Shown: one piece after another, positions 12,801 through 28,183 of the stretch
How the letters are laid out: each line of letters opens with the position of its first letter
Numbering within the stretch: position 1 is the first letter of the stretch
NCBI RefSeq assembly: GCF_009914755.1
Contig: NC_060933.1
DNA length: 64,000 nucleotides
Origin: the human T2T-CHM13v2.0 reference genome, Homo sapiens
Direction: 5' to 3' (one strand)
Position numbers and translations under genes: made by a program
Notes under the pieces: model-generated
Seen by the model: the letters and a program-made list of their open reading frames with translations, nothing else
Told to the model about the DNA's origin: nothing
Database searches by the model: none

Positions 12801-15800
12801 ATTGCAATCGAATGGAATGGAATGGAATTAACCCGAATAGAATGGAATGGAATGGAATGGAATGCAACGGAACGGAATGGAATGGAATGGAATGGAATGG
12901 AATGGAATGGAATGGAACGGAACGGAACGGAATGGAATGGAATGGAATGGAATGGAATCAACGCGAGTGCAGGGGAATGTAATGTAATGGAATGCAATGG
13001 AATGGAATCTTCCGGAATGGAATGGAATGGAATGGAATGGAATGAAATGCAATGGATTCAACTCGATTGCAATGGAATGGAATAGAATGGAATGGAATGG
13101 AATGGAATGGAATTAATCCGAATAGAATGGAATGGAATGGAATGGAACGGAATGGAACGGAATGGAATGGAATGGAATGGAATGGTATGGAATGGAATGG
13201 AATGGTACGGAATAGAATGGAATGGAACGAATTGTAATGGAATGGAATTGAATGGAATGGAATGGAATGGAATGGAATCAACGCGAGTGCAGGGGAATGT
13301 AATGGAACGGAATGCAATGGTATGGAATCATCCGGAATGGAATGGAATGGAATGGAATGGAATCAACCCGAGTGCAATGGAATGTAATGGAGAGTAAGGG
13401 AGTTGAATAGAATCAATCCGAATGTAATGGAATGGAATGTAACGGAATGGAATGGAATGGAATGGAAAGGAATGGAATGGAATGCAATGGAATTGAATCA
13501 ACCCGAGTACAATGGAATGGAATGGAATGGAATGGAATGGAATGGAATGGAATCGAATGGAATGATACGGAATAGAATGGAATGGAACGAAATGGAATGG
13601 AATGGAATGGAATGGAATGGAATCGTTCTGAGTGGAATAGGAGGGAATGTATTCGAGTGGAATGGAAAGGAATGGTATCAACCAGAGTGGAATGGAAGGG
13701 AATGGAATGGAATGGAAACTAATAGAATGGAATCAACCCGAGTGGAATGGAATGGAAAGGACTGGAATGGAATGGAATGGAATGGAATCAACTCGATTGT
13801 AATGGAATGGAATGGAATGGAATGGAATGGAATTAACCCGAATACAATGGAATGGAATGGAATGGGACGGAATGGAGTGGAATGGAATGGAATCAACCCG
13901 AGTGCAGGGGAATGGAATGGAATGGAATGCAATGGAATGGAATCATCCGGAATGGAATGGAATGGAATGGAATGCAAAGCAAAGGAATCAACTCGATTGC
14001 AATGGAATGGAATGGAATGGAAAGGAATAAATTGGAATCAACCCCAGCGGAATGGAATGGAAAGGACTGGAATGGAGTGGAATGGAATGGAATGGAATGG
14101 TATGGAATCAACTCGATTGGAATGGAATGGAATGGAATGGAATGGAATGGAATGGAATCAACCCGAGTGCAATGGAATGGAGTGGAATGGAATGGAATGG
14201 AATGGAACAACCCGAATGGAATGGAATGTAATGGAGAGTAAGGGAGTTGAATAGAATCAATCCGAATGTAATGGAATGGAATGGAACGGAATGGAATTGA
14301 ATGGAATGGAATGGAATGCAATGGAATGGAATCAACCCGAGTGCAATGGAATGGAGAGGAATGGAATGGAATGCAACGGAACGGAATGGAATGGAATGGA
14401 ATGGAATGGAATGGAACGGAACGGAACGGAATGGATGGAATGGAATGGAATGGAATGGAATGGAATCAACGCGAGTGCAGGGGAATGGAATGGAATGGAA
14501 TGCAATGGAATGGAATCTTCCGGAATGGAATGGAATGGAATGGAATGGAATGAAATGCAATGGATTCAACTCGATTGCAATGGAATGGAATAGAATGGAA
14601 TGGAATGGAATGGAATGGAATGGAATTAACCCGCATAGAATGGAATGGAATGGAATGGAATGGAATGGAATTAATTCGAATATAATGGAATGGAATGGAA
14701 TGGAACGGAATGGAACGGAATGGAATGGTACGGAATAGAATGGAATGGAACGAATTGTAATGGAATGGAATTGAATGGAATGGAATGGAATGGAATGGAA
14801 TCAACGCGAGTGCAGGGGAATGTAATGGATCGGAATGCAATGGAATGGAATCATCCGGAATGGAATGGAATGGAATGGAATGGAATGGAATCAACCCGAG
14901 TTCAATGGAATGGAGTGGAATGGAATGGAATGGAATGGAACAACCCGAATGGAATGGAATGTAATGGAGAGTAAGGGAGTTGAATAGAATCAATCCGAAT
15001 GTAATGGAATGGAATGCAACGGAATGGAATGGAATGGAATGGAATGGAATGGAATGGAATGCAATGGAATGGAATCTACCCGAGTACAATGGAATGGAAT
15101 GGAATGGAATGAATGGAATGGAATGGAATGGAATGATACGGAATAGAATGGAATGGAAGGAAGTGGAATGGAATGGAATGGAATGGAATGGAATGGAATG
15201 GAATGGAATCGTTCTGAGTGGAATAGGAGGGAATGTATTCGAGTGGAATGGAAAGGAATGGAAAAAACCTGAGTGGAATGGAAGGGAATGGAATGGAATG
15301 GAAACTAATAGAACGGAATCAACCCGAGAGGAATGGAATGGAAAGGACTGGAATAGAATGGAATGGAATGGAATCAACTCGATTGTAATGGAATGGAATG
15401 GAATGGAATGGAATGGAATTAACCCGAATACAATGCAATGGAATGGAATGGAACGGAATGGAGTGGAATCGAATGGAATCAACCCGAGTGCAGGGGAATG
15501 GAATGGAATGGAATGCAATGGAATGGAATCATCCGGAATGGAATGGAATGGAATGGAATGCAAAGCAATGGAATCAACTCGATTGCAATGGAATGGAATG
15601 GAATGGAAAGGAATACATTGGAATCAACCCGAGTGGAATGGAATGGAAAGGACTGGAATGGAGTGGAATGGAATGGAATGGAATGGAATGGAATCAACTC
15701 GATTGGAATGGAATGGAATGGAATGGAATGGAATGGAATTAATCGGAATAGAATGGAATGGAATGGAATGGAACGGAACGGAACGGAATGGAATGGAATG

Positions 15801-18800
15801 GAATGGAATGGAATGGAATGGAATGGAAACAACCCGACTGCAGGGGAATGGAATGGAATGGAATGCAATGGAATGGATTCAACTTGAATGGAATGGAAAG
15901 AATGGAATCAACACGAGTGGAATGGCATGGATTGGAATGGAATGGAATGGAATCAACCCGAGTACAGGGGAATGGAATGGAATGGAATGCAATGGAATGG
16001 AATCATCCGTAATGGAATGGAAAGGAATGGAATGGAATGGAATGGAATGGAATGGAATGGAATCAACTCGATTGCAATCGAATGGAATGTAATGGAATTA
16101 ACCTGAATAGAATGGAATGGAATGGAATGGAACGGAACAGAACGGAATGGAATGGATTGGAATGGAATGGAATGGAATGGAATGGAACGGAAAGGAATGG
16201 AATGGAATGGAATGGAATGGAATGGAATGGAATGGAATCAACACGAGTGCAGGGGAATGGAATGGAATGGAATGCAATGGAATGGAATCTTCCGGAATGG
16301 AATGGAATGGAATGGAATGGAATGGAATGGAATGGAATCAACCCGAGTGCAATGGAATGGAGTGGAATGGAATGGAATGGAATGGAACAACCCGAAGGGA
16401 ATGGAATGTAATGGAGAGTAAGGGAGTTGAATAGAATCAATCCGAATGTAATGGAATGGAATGCAACGGAATGGAATGGAATGGAATGGAATGCAATGGA
16501 ATGGAATGCAATGCCATGGAATCAACCCGAGTGCAATAGAATGGAATCGAATGGAATGGAATGCAATGGAATGGCTTCAACTTGAATGGAATTGAAAGAA
16601 TGGAATCAACACGAGTGGAATGGCATGGATTGGAATGGAATGGAATGGAATCAACCCGAGTACAGGGGAATGGAATGGAATGGAATGCAATGGAATGGAA
16701 TCATCCGTAATGGAATGGAAAGGAATGGAATGGAATGGAATGGAATGGAATGGAATCAACTCGACTGCAATCGAATGGAATGGAATGGAATTAACCCGAA
16801 TAGAATGGAATGGAATGGAATGCAACGGAACGGAATGGAATGGAATGGAATGGAATGGAATGGAATGGAACGGAACGGAACGGAATGGAATGGAATGGAA
16901 TGGAATGGAATGGAATGCAATGGAATTGAATCAACCCGAGTACAATGGAATGGAATGGAATGGAATGGAATGGAATGGAATGGAATGGAATGATACGGAA
17001 TAGAATGGAATGGAACGAAATGGAATGGAATGGAATGGAATGGAATGGAATGGAATGGAATGGAATCTTTCTGAGTGGAATAGGAGGGAATGTATTCGAG
17101 TGGAATGGAAAGGAATGGAAAAAACCTGAGTGGAATGGAAGGGAATGGAATGGAATGGAAACTAATAGAATGGAATCAACCCGAGAGGAATGGAATGGAA
17201 AGGACTGGAATGTAATGGAATGGAATGGAATCAACTCGATTGTAATGGAATGGAATGGAATGGAATGGAATGGAATGGAATGGAATTAACCCGAATACAA
17301 TGCAATGGAATGGAATGGAACGGAATGGAGTGGAATCGAATGGAATCAACCCGAGGGCAGGGGAATGGAATGGAATGGAATGCAATGGAATGGAATCTTC
17401 CGGAATGGAATGGAATGGAATGGAATGAAATGCCATGGATTCAACTCGATTGCAATGGAATGGAATAGAATGGAATGGAATGGAATGGAATGGAATTAAT
17501 TCGAATAGAATGGAATGGAATGGAATGGAACGGAATGGAACGGAATGGAATGGAATGGAATGGAATGGAATGGTATGGAATGGAATGGAATGGTACGGAA
17601 TAGAATGGAATGGAACGAATTGTAATGGAATGGAATTGAATGGAATGGAATGGAATCAACGCGAGTGCAGGGGAATGTAATGGAACGGAATGCAATGGAA
17701 TGGAATCATCCGGAATGGAATGGAATGGAATGGAATGGAATGGAATGGAATGGAATGGAATCAACCCGAGTGCAATGGAATGGAGTGGAATAGAATGGAA
17801 TGGAATGGAACATCCCGAATGGAATGGAATGTAATGGAGAGTAAGGGAGTTGAATAGAATCAATCCGAATGTAATGGAATGGAATGCAACGGAATGGAAT
17901 GGAATGGAATGGAATGGAATGCAATGGAATTGAATCAACCCGAGTACAATGGAATGGAATGGAATGGAATGGAATGGAATGGAATGGAATGATACGGAAT
18001 AGAATGGAATGGAACGAAATGGAATGGAATGGAATGGAATGGAATGGAATGGAATGGAATGGAATGGAATGGAATCGTTCCGAGTGGAATAGGAGGGAAT
18101 GTATTCGAGTGGAATGGAAAGGAATGGAATCAACCAGAGTGGAATGGAAGGGAATGGAATGGAATGGAAACTATTAGAATGGAATCAACCCGAGAGGAAT
18201 GGAATGGAAAGGACTGGAATGGAATGGAATGGAATGGAATCAACTCGATTGCAATCGAATGGAATGGAATGGAATTAACCCGAATAGAATGGAATGGAAT
18301 GGAATGGAATGGAACGGAACGGAATGGAATGGAATGGAATGGAATGGAACGGAACGGAACGGAACGGAATGGAATGGAATGGAATGGAATGGAATGGAAT
18401 GGAATCAACGCGAGTGCAAGGGAATGGAATGGAATGGAATGCAAAGGAATGGAATCTTCCGGAATGGAATGGAATGGAATGGAATGGAATGAAATGCAAT
18501 GGATTCAACTCGATTGCAATGGAATGGAATAGAATGGAATGGAATGGAATGGAATGGAATTAATCCGAATAGAATGGAATGGAATGGAATGGAACGGAAT
18601 GGAACGGAATGGAATGGAATGGAATGGAAAGGAATGGTATGGAATGGAAAGGAATGGTACGGAATAGAATGGAATGGAACGAATTGTAATGGAATGGAAT
18701 TGAATGGAATGGAATGGAATGGAATGGAATGGAATCAACGCGAGTGCAGGGGATGTAATGGAACGGAATGCAATGGTATGGAATCATCCGGAATGGAATG

Positions 18801-21800
18801 GAATGGAATGGAATGGAATGGAATGGAATGGAATCAACCCGAGTGCAATGGAATGTAATGGAGAGTAAGGGAGTTGAATAGAATCAATCCGAATGTAATG
18901 GAATGGAATGCAACGGAATGGAATGGAATGGAATGGAATGGAATGGAATGGAATGGAATGGAATGCAATGGAATTGAATCAACCCGAGTACAATGGAATG
19001 GAATGGAATGGAATGGAATGGAATGGAATGATACGGAATAGAATGGAATGGAACGAAATGGAATGGAATGGAATGGAATGGAATGGAATCAACTCGATTG
19101 GAATGGAATGGAATGGAATGGAATGGAATTAACCCGAATAGAATGGAATGGAATGGAATGGAACGGAACGGAATGGAATGGAATGGAATGGAATGGAATG
19201 GAATGGAATGGTATGGAATGGAATGGAATGGTACGGAATATAATGGAATGGAACGAATTGTAATGGAATGGAATTGAATGGAATGGAATGGAATCAACGC
19301 GAGTGCAGGGGAATGTAAAGGAACGGAATGCAATGGAATGGAATCATCCGGAATGGAATGGAATGGAATGGAATGGAATGGAATGGAATCAACCCGAGTG
19401 CAATGGAATGGAGTGGAATGGAATGGAATGGAATGGAATCAATCAAGGAAGGGAATGTAATGGAGTGGAAAGAAGGGAATGGAATCAACCCGAGTGGAAT
19501 GCAAGGCAATGGAATGGAATGGAAAGGAATGGAATGGAATCAACTCGATTGCAATGGAATGGAATGGAATGGAATGGAATGGAATGGAATTAACCGGAAT
19601 AGAATGGAATGGAATGGAATGGAACGGAATGGAATGGAATGGAAGGGAATGGAATCAACACGAGTGCAGGGGAATGGAATGGAATGGAATGCAATGGAAT
19701 GGAATCATCCGGAATGGAATGGAATGGAATGGAATCAACTCCGTTGCAATGGAATGGAATGGAATGGAATGGAATAGAATGGAATGGAATTAACACGAAT
19801 AGATGGAATGCAATAGAATGGAATGCAACGGAACCGAATGGAGTGGAATGGAATGGAATGGAATCAACCCGAGTACAGGGGAATGGAAAGGAATGGAATA
19901 CAATGGAATGGAGTCATCCGTAATGGAATGGAAAGGAATGGAATGGAATGGAATGGAATGGAATGGAATGGAATCAACTGGATGGCAATCGAAAGGAATG
20001 GAATGGAATTAACCCGAATAGAATGGAATGGAATGGAATGGAACTGAACGGAATGGAATGGAATGGAATGGAATGGAATGGAACGGAACAGAATGGAATG
20101 GAATGGAATGGAATGGAATGGAATCAACGCGAGTGCAGGGGAATGGAATGGAATGGAATGCAATGGAATGGAATCTTGCGGAATGGAATGGAATGGAATG
20201 AAAGGCAATGGATTCAACTCGATTGCAATGCAATGGTATAGAATGGAAGGGAATGGAATGGAATGGAATGGAATGGAATGGAATGGAATGCCTTCAAACC
20301 GAATGGAATGGAAAGGAATGGAATCAACACGAGTGGAAAGGAATGGAATGGAAAGGAATGGAATGGAATGGAATGGTATGGAATAGAACGGAATGGAACG
20401 AACTGGAATGGAATGGAATGGAATGGAATGGAATGGAATCAACTCGATTGGAATGGAATGGAAAGGAATGGAATGGAATGGAATTAACCCGAATAGAATG
20501 GAATGGAATGGAATGGAATGGAACGGAACAGAACGGAATGGAATGGAATGGAATGGAATGGAATGGAATGGAATCAACCCGACTGCAGGGGAATGGAATG
20601 GAATGGAATGCAATGGAATGGATTCAACTTGAATGGAATGGAAAGAATGGAATCAACACGAGTGGAATGGCATGGATTGGAATGGAATGGAATGGAATCA
20701 ACCCGAGTACAGGGGAATGGAATGGAATGGAATGCAATGGAATGGAATCATCCGTAATGGAATGGAAAGGAATGGAATGGAATGGAATGAAATGGAATCA
20801 AATCGATTGCAATCGAATGGAATGGAATGGAATTAACCCGAATAGAATGGAATGGAATGGAATGGAACGGAGCGGAACGGAACGGAATGGCATGGAATGG
20901 AATGGAATGGAATGGAATGGAATGGAATGGAACGGAAAGGAATGGAATGGAATGCAATGGAATGGAATGGAATGGAATGGAATGAACGCGAATGCAGGGG
21001 AATGGAATGGAATGGAATGCAATGGAATGGAATCTTCTGGAATGGAATGGAATGGAATGGAATGGAATGGAATGGAATAAACCCGAGTGCAATGGAATGG
21101 AGTGGAATGGAATGGAATGGAATGGAACAACCCGAATGGAATGGAATGTAATGGAGAGTAAGGGAGTTGAAAAGAATCAATCCGAATGTAATGGAATGGA
21201 ATGGAACAGAATGGAATGGAATGGAATGGAATGGAATGGAATGGAATGCAATGGAATGGAATCAACCCGAGTACAATGGAATGGAATGGAATGGAATGGA
21301 ATGGAATGGAATGGAATGCAATGGAATGGAATCTTCCGGAATGGAATGGAATGGAATGGAATGGAATGGAATGGAATGGAATGGAATAAACCCGAGTGCA
21401 ATGGAATGGAGTGGAATGGAATGGAATGGAATGGAACAACCCGAATGGAATGGAATGTAATGGAGAGTAAGGGAGTTGAATAGAATCAATCCGAATGTAA
21501 TGGAATGGAATGGAACGGAATGGAATTGAATGGCATGGAATGGAATGCAATGGAATGGAATCAACCCGAGTGCAATGGAATGGAGAGGAATGGAATGGAA
21601 TGGAATGGAAACTACCCGAATGGAATGGAATGTAATGGAGTGTAAGGGAATTGCATAGAATCAATCCGAATGGAATGGAATGGAATGTAACGGAATGTAA
21701 TGGAATGGAATGGAATGGAATCAACCCGAGTGCAGGGGAATGGAATGGAATGCAATGGAATGGGATCAACCCGAGTGCAATCGAATGGAATCGAATGGAA

Positions 21801-24090
21801 TGGAATGCAATGGAATGGATTCAACTTGAATGGAATGGAAAGAATGGAATCAACACGAGTGGAATGGCATGGATTGGAATGCAATGGAGTGGAATCAACC
21901 CGAGTACAGGGGAATGGAATGGAATGGAATGCAATTGAATGGAACCATCCGTAATGGAATGGAAAGGAATGGAATGGAATGGAATGGAATGGAATGGAAT
22001 GGAATCAACACGATTGCAATAGAATGGAATGGAATGGAATTAACCCGAATAGAATGGAATGGAATGGAATGGAACGGAACGGAATGGAATGGAATGGAAC
22101 GGAATGGAATGGAATTGAATGGAATGGAATGGAATGGAATCAACGCGAGTGCAGGGGAATGGAATGTAGTGGAACGCAATGGAATGGAATCTTCCGGAAT
22201 GGAATGGAATGGAATGGAATGGAATCAACCCGAGTGCAATGGAATGGAGTGGAATGGAATGGAATGGAATGGAACAACCGGAATGGAATCGAATGTAATG
22301 GAGAGTAAGGGAGTTGAATAGAATCAATCCGAATGTAATGGAATGGAATGGAAATGAATGGAATTGAATGGAATGGAATGGAATGCAATGGAATGGAATC
22401 AACCCGAGTGCAATGGAATGGAGAGGAATGGAATGGAATGGAGTGGAAACTACCCGAATGGAATGGAATGTAATGGAGTGTAAGGGAATTGAATAGAATC
22501 AATCCGAATATAATGGAAAGGAATGGAACGGAATGGAATGGAATGGAATGGAATGGAATGGAATGGAATGGAATGGAATGCAATGGAAAGAAATCAACCC
22601 GAGTGAAAACGAAAGGAATCGAATGGAATGGAATGCAATGGAATGTAATCAACTCGATTGCAATCGAATGGAATGGAATGGAATTAACCCGAATAGAATG
22701 GAATGGAATGGAATGGAAAGGAACGGAACGGAACGGAATGGAATGGAATGGAATGGAATGGAATGGAATGGAATGGAATCAACCCGACTGAAGGGGAATG
22801 GAATGGAATGGAATGCAATGGAATGGATTCAACTTGAATGGAATGGAAAGAATGGAATCAACACGAGTGGAATGGCATGGATTGCAATGGAATGGAATGG
22901 AATCAACCCGAGTACAGGGGAATGGAATGGAATGGAATGCAATGGAATGGAATCATCCGTAATGGAATGGAAAGGAATGGAATGGAATGGAATGGAATGG
23001 AATGGAATGGAATGGAATGGAATCAACTCGATTTCAATGCAATGGAATGGAATGGAATTAACCCGAATAGAATGGAATGGAACGGAATGGAACGGAATGG
23101 AATGGAATGGAATGGAATGGAATGGAATGGAATGGAACGGAAAGGAATGGAATGGAATGGAATGGAATGGAATCAACGAGAGTGCAGGGGAATGGAATGG
23201 AATAGAATGCAATGGAATGGAATCTTCCGGAATGGAATGGAATGGAATGGAATCAACCCGAGTGCAATGGAATGGAGTGGAATGGAATGGAATGGAATGG
23301 AACAACCCGAATGGAATCGAATGTAATGGAGAGTACGGGAGTTGAATAGAATCAATCCGAATGTAATGGAATGGAATGGAACGGAATGGAATTCAATGGA
23401 AGGGAATGGAATGCAATGGAATGGAATCAACCCAAGTGCAATGGAATGGAGAGGAATGGAATGGAATGGAATGGAAACTACCCGAATGGAATGGAATGGA
23501 ATGTAGTGTAAGGGAATTGAATAGAATCAATCCGAATGTAATGGAATGGAATGGAACGGAATGGAATGGAATGGAATGGAATGGAATGGAATGCAATGGA
23601 ATGGAATCAACCCGAGTGCAATCGAATGGAATCGAATGGAATGGAATGCAATGGAATGGATTTAACTTGAATGGAATGGAAAGAATGGAATCAACACGAG
23701 TGGAATGGCATGGATTGGAATGGAATGGAATGGAATCAACCCGAGTACAGGGGAATGGAATGGAATGGAATGCAATGGAATGGAATCATCCGTAATGGAA
23801 TGGAAAGTAATGGAATGGAATGGAATGGAATGGAATCAACTCGATTGCAATCAAATGGAATGGAATGGAATCAACTCCATTGCAATCGAATGGAATGGAA
23901 TGGAATTAACCCAAATAGAATGGAATGGAATGGAATGGAATGGAACGGAACGGAATGGAATCGAATGGAATGGAATGGAACGGACCGGAACGGAATGGAA
24001 TGGAATTGAATGGAATGGAATGGAATGGAATGGAATCAACCCGAGTGCAATGCAATGGAGTGGAATGGAATGGAATGGAATGGAACAACA

Positions 24091-27000
24091 CGAATGGAAT
24101 GGAATGTAATGGAGAGTAAGGGAGTTGAATAGAATCAACCCGAATGTAGTGGAATGGAATGGAACGGAATGGAATGGAATGGAATGCAATGGAATGGAAT
24201 CAACCCGAGTACAATGGAATGGAATGGAATGGTATGGAATGGAATGGAATGGAATGGAATCAACCCGAGTGCAATGGAATGGAGAGGAATGGAATTGAAT
24301 GGAATGGAAACTACCCGAATGGAAAGGAATGTAATGGAGTGTAAGGGAATTGAATAGAATCAATCCGAATGTAATGGAATGGAATGGAACGGAATAGAAT
24401 GGAATGGAATGGAATGGAATGGAATGAAATGGAATGGAATCAACCCGAGTGCAATCGAATGGAATCGAATGGAATGGAATGCAATGGAATGGATTCAACT
24501 TGAATGGAATGGAAAAAATGGAATCAACACGAGTGGAATGGCATGGATTAGAATGGAAAGGAATGGAATCAACCCGAGTACAGGGGAATGGAATGGAATC
24601 ATCCGTAATGGAATGGAAAGGAATGGAATGGAAAGGAATGGGATGGAATAGATTGGAATGGAATGGAATGGAATCAACTCCATTGCAATCGAGTGGAATG
24701 GAATGGAATTAACCCGAATAGAATGGAATGGAATGTAATGGGACGGAACGAAATGGAATGGAATGGAATGGAATGGAATGGAACGGAACGGAATGTATGG
24801 AATGGAATGGAATGGAATGGAATGGAATCAAAGCGAGTGCAGGGGAATGGAATGGAATGGAATGCAATGGAATGGAATCTTCCGGAATGGAATGGAATGG
24901 AATGAAATGCAATGGATTCAACTCGATTGCAATGGAATGGAATAGAATGGAATGGAATGGAATGGAATGGAATGGAATTAACCCGAATAGAATGGAATGG
25001 AATGGAATGGAACGGAATGGAACGGAATGGAACGGAATGGAATGGAATGGTATGGAATGGAATGGAATGGTATGGAATAGAATGGAATGGAAGGAATTGT
25101 AATGGAATGGAATTGAATGGAATGGAATGGAATGGAATGGAATCAACGCGAGTGCTGGGGAATGTAATGGAATGGAATGCAATGGAATGGAATCATCCGG
25201 AATGGAATGGAATGGAATGGAATGGAATGGAATGGAATGGAGTGGAATGGAATTTGAATGGAATGGAATGGAATGGAATGGAATTAACCCGAATAGAATG
25301 GAATGGAATGGAATGGAACGGAATGGAATGGAATGGAATGGAATGGAATCAACCCGACTGCACGGGAATGGAATGTAATGGAACGCAATGGAATGGAATC
25401 ATCCGGAACGGAACGGAATGGAATGGAATGGAATCAACTCGATTGCAATGGAATGGAATGGAATGGAATGGAATGGAATGGAATGGAGTGGATTCAACCC
25501 GAGTGCAGGGGAATGGAATGGAATTTAATGCAATGGAATGGAATCATCCGGAATGGAATGGAATGGAATGGAATGGAATGAACCCGATGCAATGGAATGG
25601 AATGTAATGGAGTGCAAGGGAATTGAATAGAATCAATCCGAATGTAACGGAATGGAATGGAATGAAATGGAATGGAATGGAATGGAATGGAATCAACCCG
25701 AGTTCAATGGAATGGATTCGAATGGAATGGAATGGAATGGAATGGATTCAACAAGAATGGAATGGAAAGGAATGGAATCAACCCGAGTGTAATGGCATGG
25801 AATGGAACGGAATGGAATGGGATGGAATGGAATGGTACGGAATAGAATGGAATGGAATGAAATGGAATGGAATGGAATGGAATGGAATGGAATGGAATGA
25901 ACCCGTGTGCAATGGAATGGAATGGAATGGAATGGAATGGAATCAACCCGAGTGCAATCGAATGGAATCGAATGGAATGGAATGCAATGGAATGGATTCA
26001 ACTTGAATGGAATGGAAAGAATGGAATCAACATGAGTGGAATGGCATGGATTGCAATGGAATGGAATGGAATAAACCTGAGTACAGGGGAATGGAATGGA
26101 ATGGAAAGCAATGGAATGGCATCATCCGAAATGGAATGGAAAGGAATGGAATGGAATTGAATGGGATGGAATGGCTTCAAACCGAATGGAATGGAAAGGA
26201 ATGGAATCAACACGAGTGGAATGGAATGGAATGGAATGGAATGGAATGGTATGGAATAGAATGGAATGGAACGAAATGGAATGGAATAGAATGGAATGGA
26301 ATGGAATGGAATTGTTCCGAGGGAATAGGAGGGAATGTATTCGAGTGGAATGGAAAGGAATCGAATCAACCAGAGTGGAATGGAAGGGAATGGAATGGAA
26401 TGGAAACTAATAGAATGGAATCAACCCGAGTGGAATGGAATGGAAAGAATGGAATGGAATGGAATGGAATGGAATGGAATGGAATGGAATCAACTCGATT
26501 GTAATGGAATGGAATGGAATGGAATGGAATGGAAAGGAATTAACCCGAATACAATGGAATGGAATGCAATGGAACGGAATGGAGTGGAATGGAATGGAAT
26601 CAACCCGAGTGCAGGGGAATGGAATGGAATGGAATGGAATGGAATGGAATCATCCGGAATGGAATGGAATGGAATGGATTGCAATGCAATGGAATCAACT
26701 CGATTGCAATGGAATGGAATGGAAAGGAATAGAATGGAATCAACCCGAGTGGAATGGAATGGAAAGGACTGGAATGGAGTGGAATGGAATGCAATGGAAT
26801 GGAATTAACTCGATTGGAATGGAATGGAAAGGAATGGAATGGAATTAACCCGAATAGAATGGAATGGAATGGAATGGAACGGAATGGAATGGAATGGAAC
26901 GGAATGGAATGGAATGGAAAGGAATCATACCGACTGCAGGGGAATGGAATGGAATGGAATGAAATGGAATGGAATGGAATGGAGTGGAAAGGAATCAAAC

Positions 27001-28183
27001 CGACTGCAGGGGAATGGAATGGAATGGAATGCAATGGAATGGAATCATCCGGAACGGAATGGAATGGAATGGAATGGAATCAACTCGATTGCAATGGAAT
27101 GGAATGGAATGGAATGGAATGGAATGGAATGGAATGGAATGGAATGGAATGCAATGGAATGGAATCAACCCGAGTACAATGGAATGGAATGGAATGGAAT
27201 GGAATGGAATGGAATGGAATGGAATGGAATGAACCCGTGTGCAATTGAATGGAATCGAATGGAATGGAATGCAATGGAATGGATTCAACTAGAATGGAAT
27301 GGAAAGGAATGGAATCAACTCGAGTGGAATGGCATGGCATGGAATGGAATGGAATGGAATGGAATGGAATGGAAAGGTACGGAATAGAATGGAATGGAAC
27401 GAAATGGAATGGAATGGAATGGAATGAATGGAATGGAATGGAATAGAATGGAATCCACCCGATTGCAGGGGAATGGAATGGAACGGAATACAATGGAATG
27501 GAATGGAATGGATTCAACCCGAATGGAATGGAAAGGAATGGAATCAACCCGAGTGGAATGGCATGGAATGGAATGGAATGGAATAGAATGGAAGAGAACG
27601 GAATGGAATGGAATGGAATGGAATGGAACGGAATGGAACGGAACGGAACGGAACGGAACGGAATGGAATGGAATGGAATGGAATGGAATCAACGCGAGTG
27701 CAGGGGAATGGAATGGAATGGAATGCAATGGAATGGAATCTTCCGGAATGGAATGGAATGGAATGGAATGGAATGGAATGAAATGCAATGGATTCAACTC
27801 GATTGCAATGGAATGGAATAGAATGGAATGGAATGGAATGGAATGGAATTACCCCGAATAGAATGGAATGGAATGGAATGGAACGGAACGGAACGGAACG
27901 GAATGGAATGGAATGGAATGGAATGGAATGGAATGCAATGGTATGGAATGGAATGGAATGGTACGGAATAGAATGGAATGGAAAGAATTGTAATGGAATG
28001 GAATTGAATGGAATGGAATGGAATGGAATGGAATCAACGCGAGTGCAGGGGAATGTAATGGAACGGAATGCAATGGATTGGAATCATCCGGAATGGAATG
28101 GAATGGAATGGAATGGAATGGAATGGAATCAACCCGAGTGCAATGGAATGCAGTGGAATGGAATGGAATGGAATGGAACAACC
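24091..28183 (+). repeat. 4.1 kb tandem duplication, copy 1 (4093 bp)
   Basis: Private variants recur at +4093, e.g. CAACCCGAATGTAGTGG 24136/28229, TCAAAGCGAG 24828/28921 and ATTGTTCCGAGGG 26311/30404. ORF-track peptides repeat at the same offset. Confidence 0.95.

Noticed and set aside
14466-15563. HSIPF-repeat ORFs on the C-rich strand
   Set aside because: The same artefact on the complementary strand.
14980-16092. Possible poly-WNGME repeat peptide as in SCA31 (TGGAA)n translation
   Set aside because: The peptide repeat is the same, but nothing in the sequence indicates export or translation, and SatIII RNAs are known as nuclear-retained. Ribosome profiling or proteomics would be needed.
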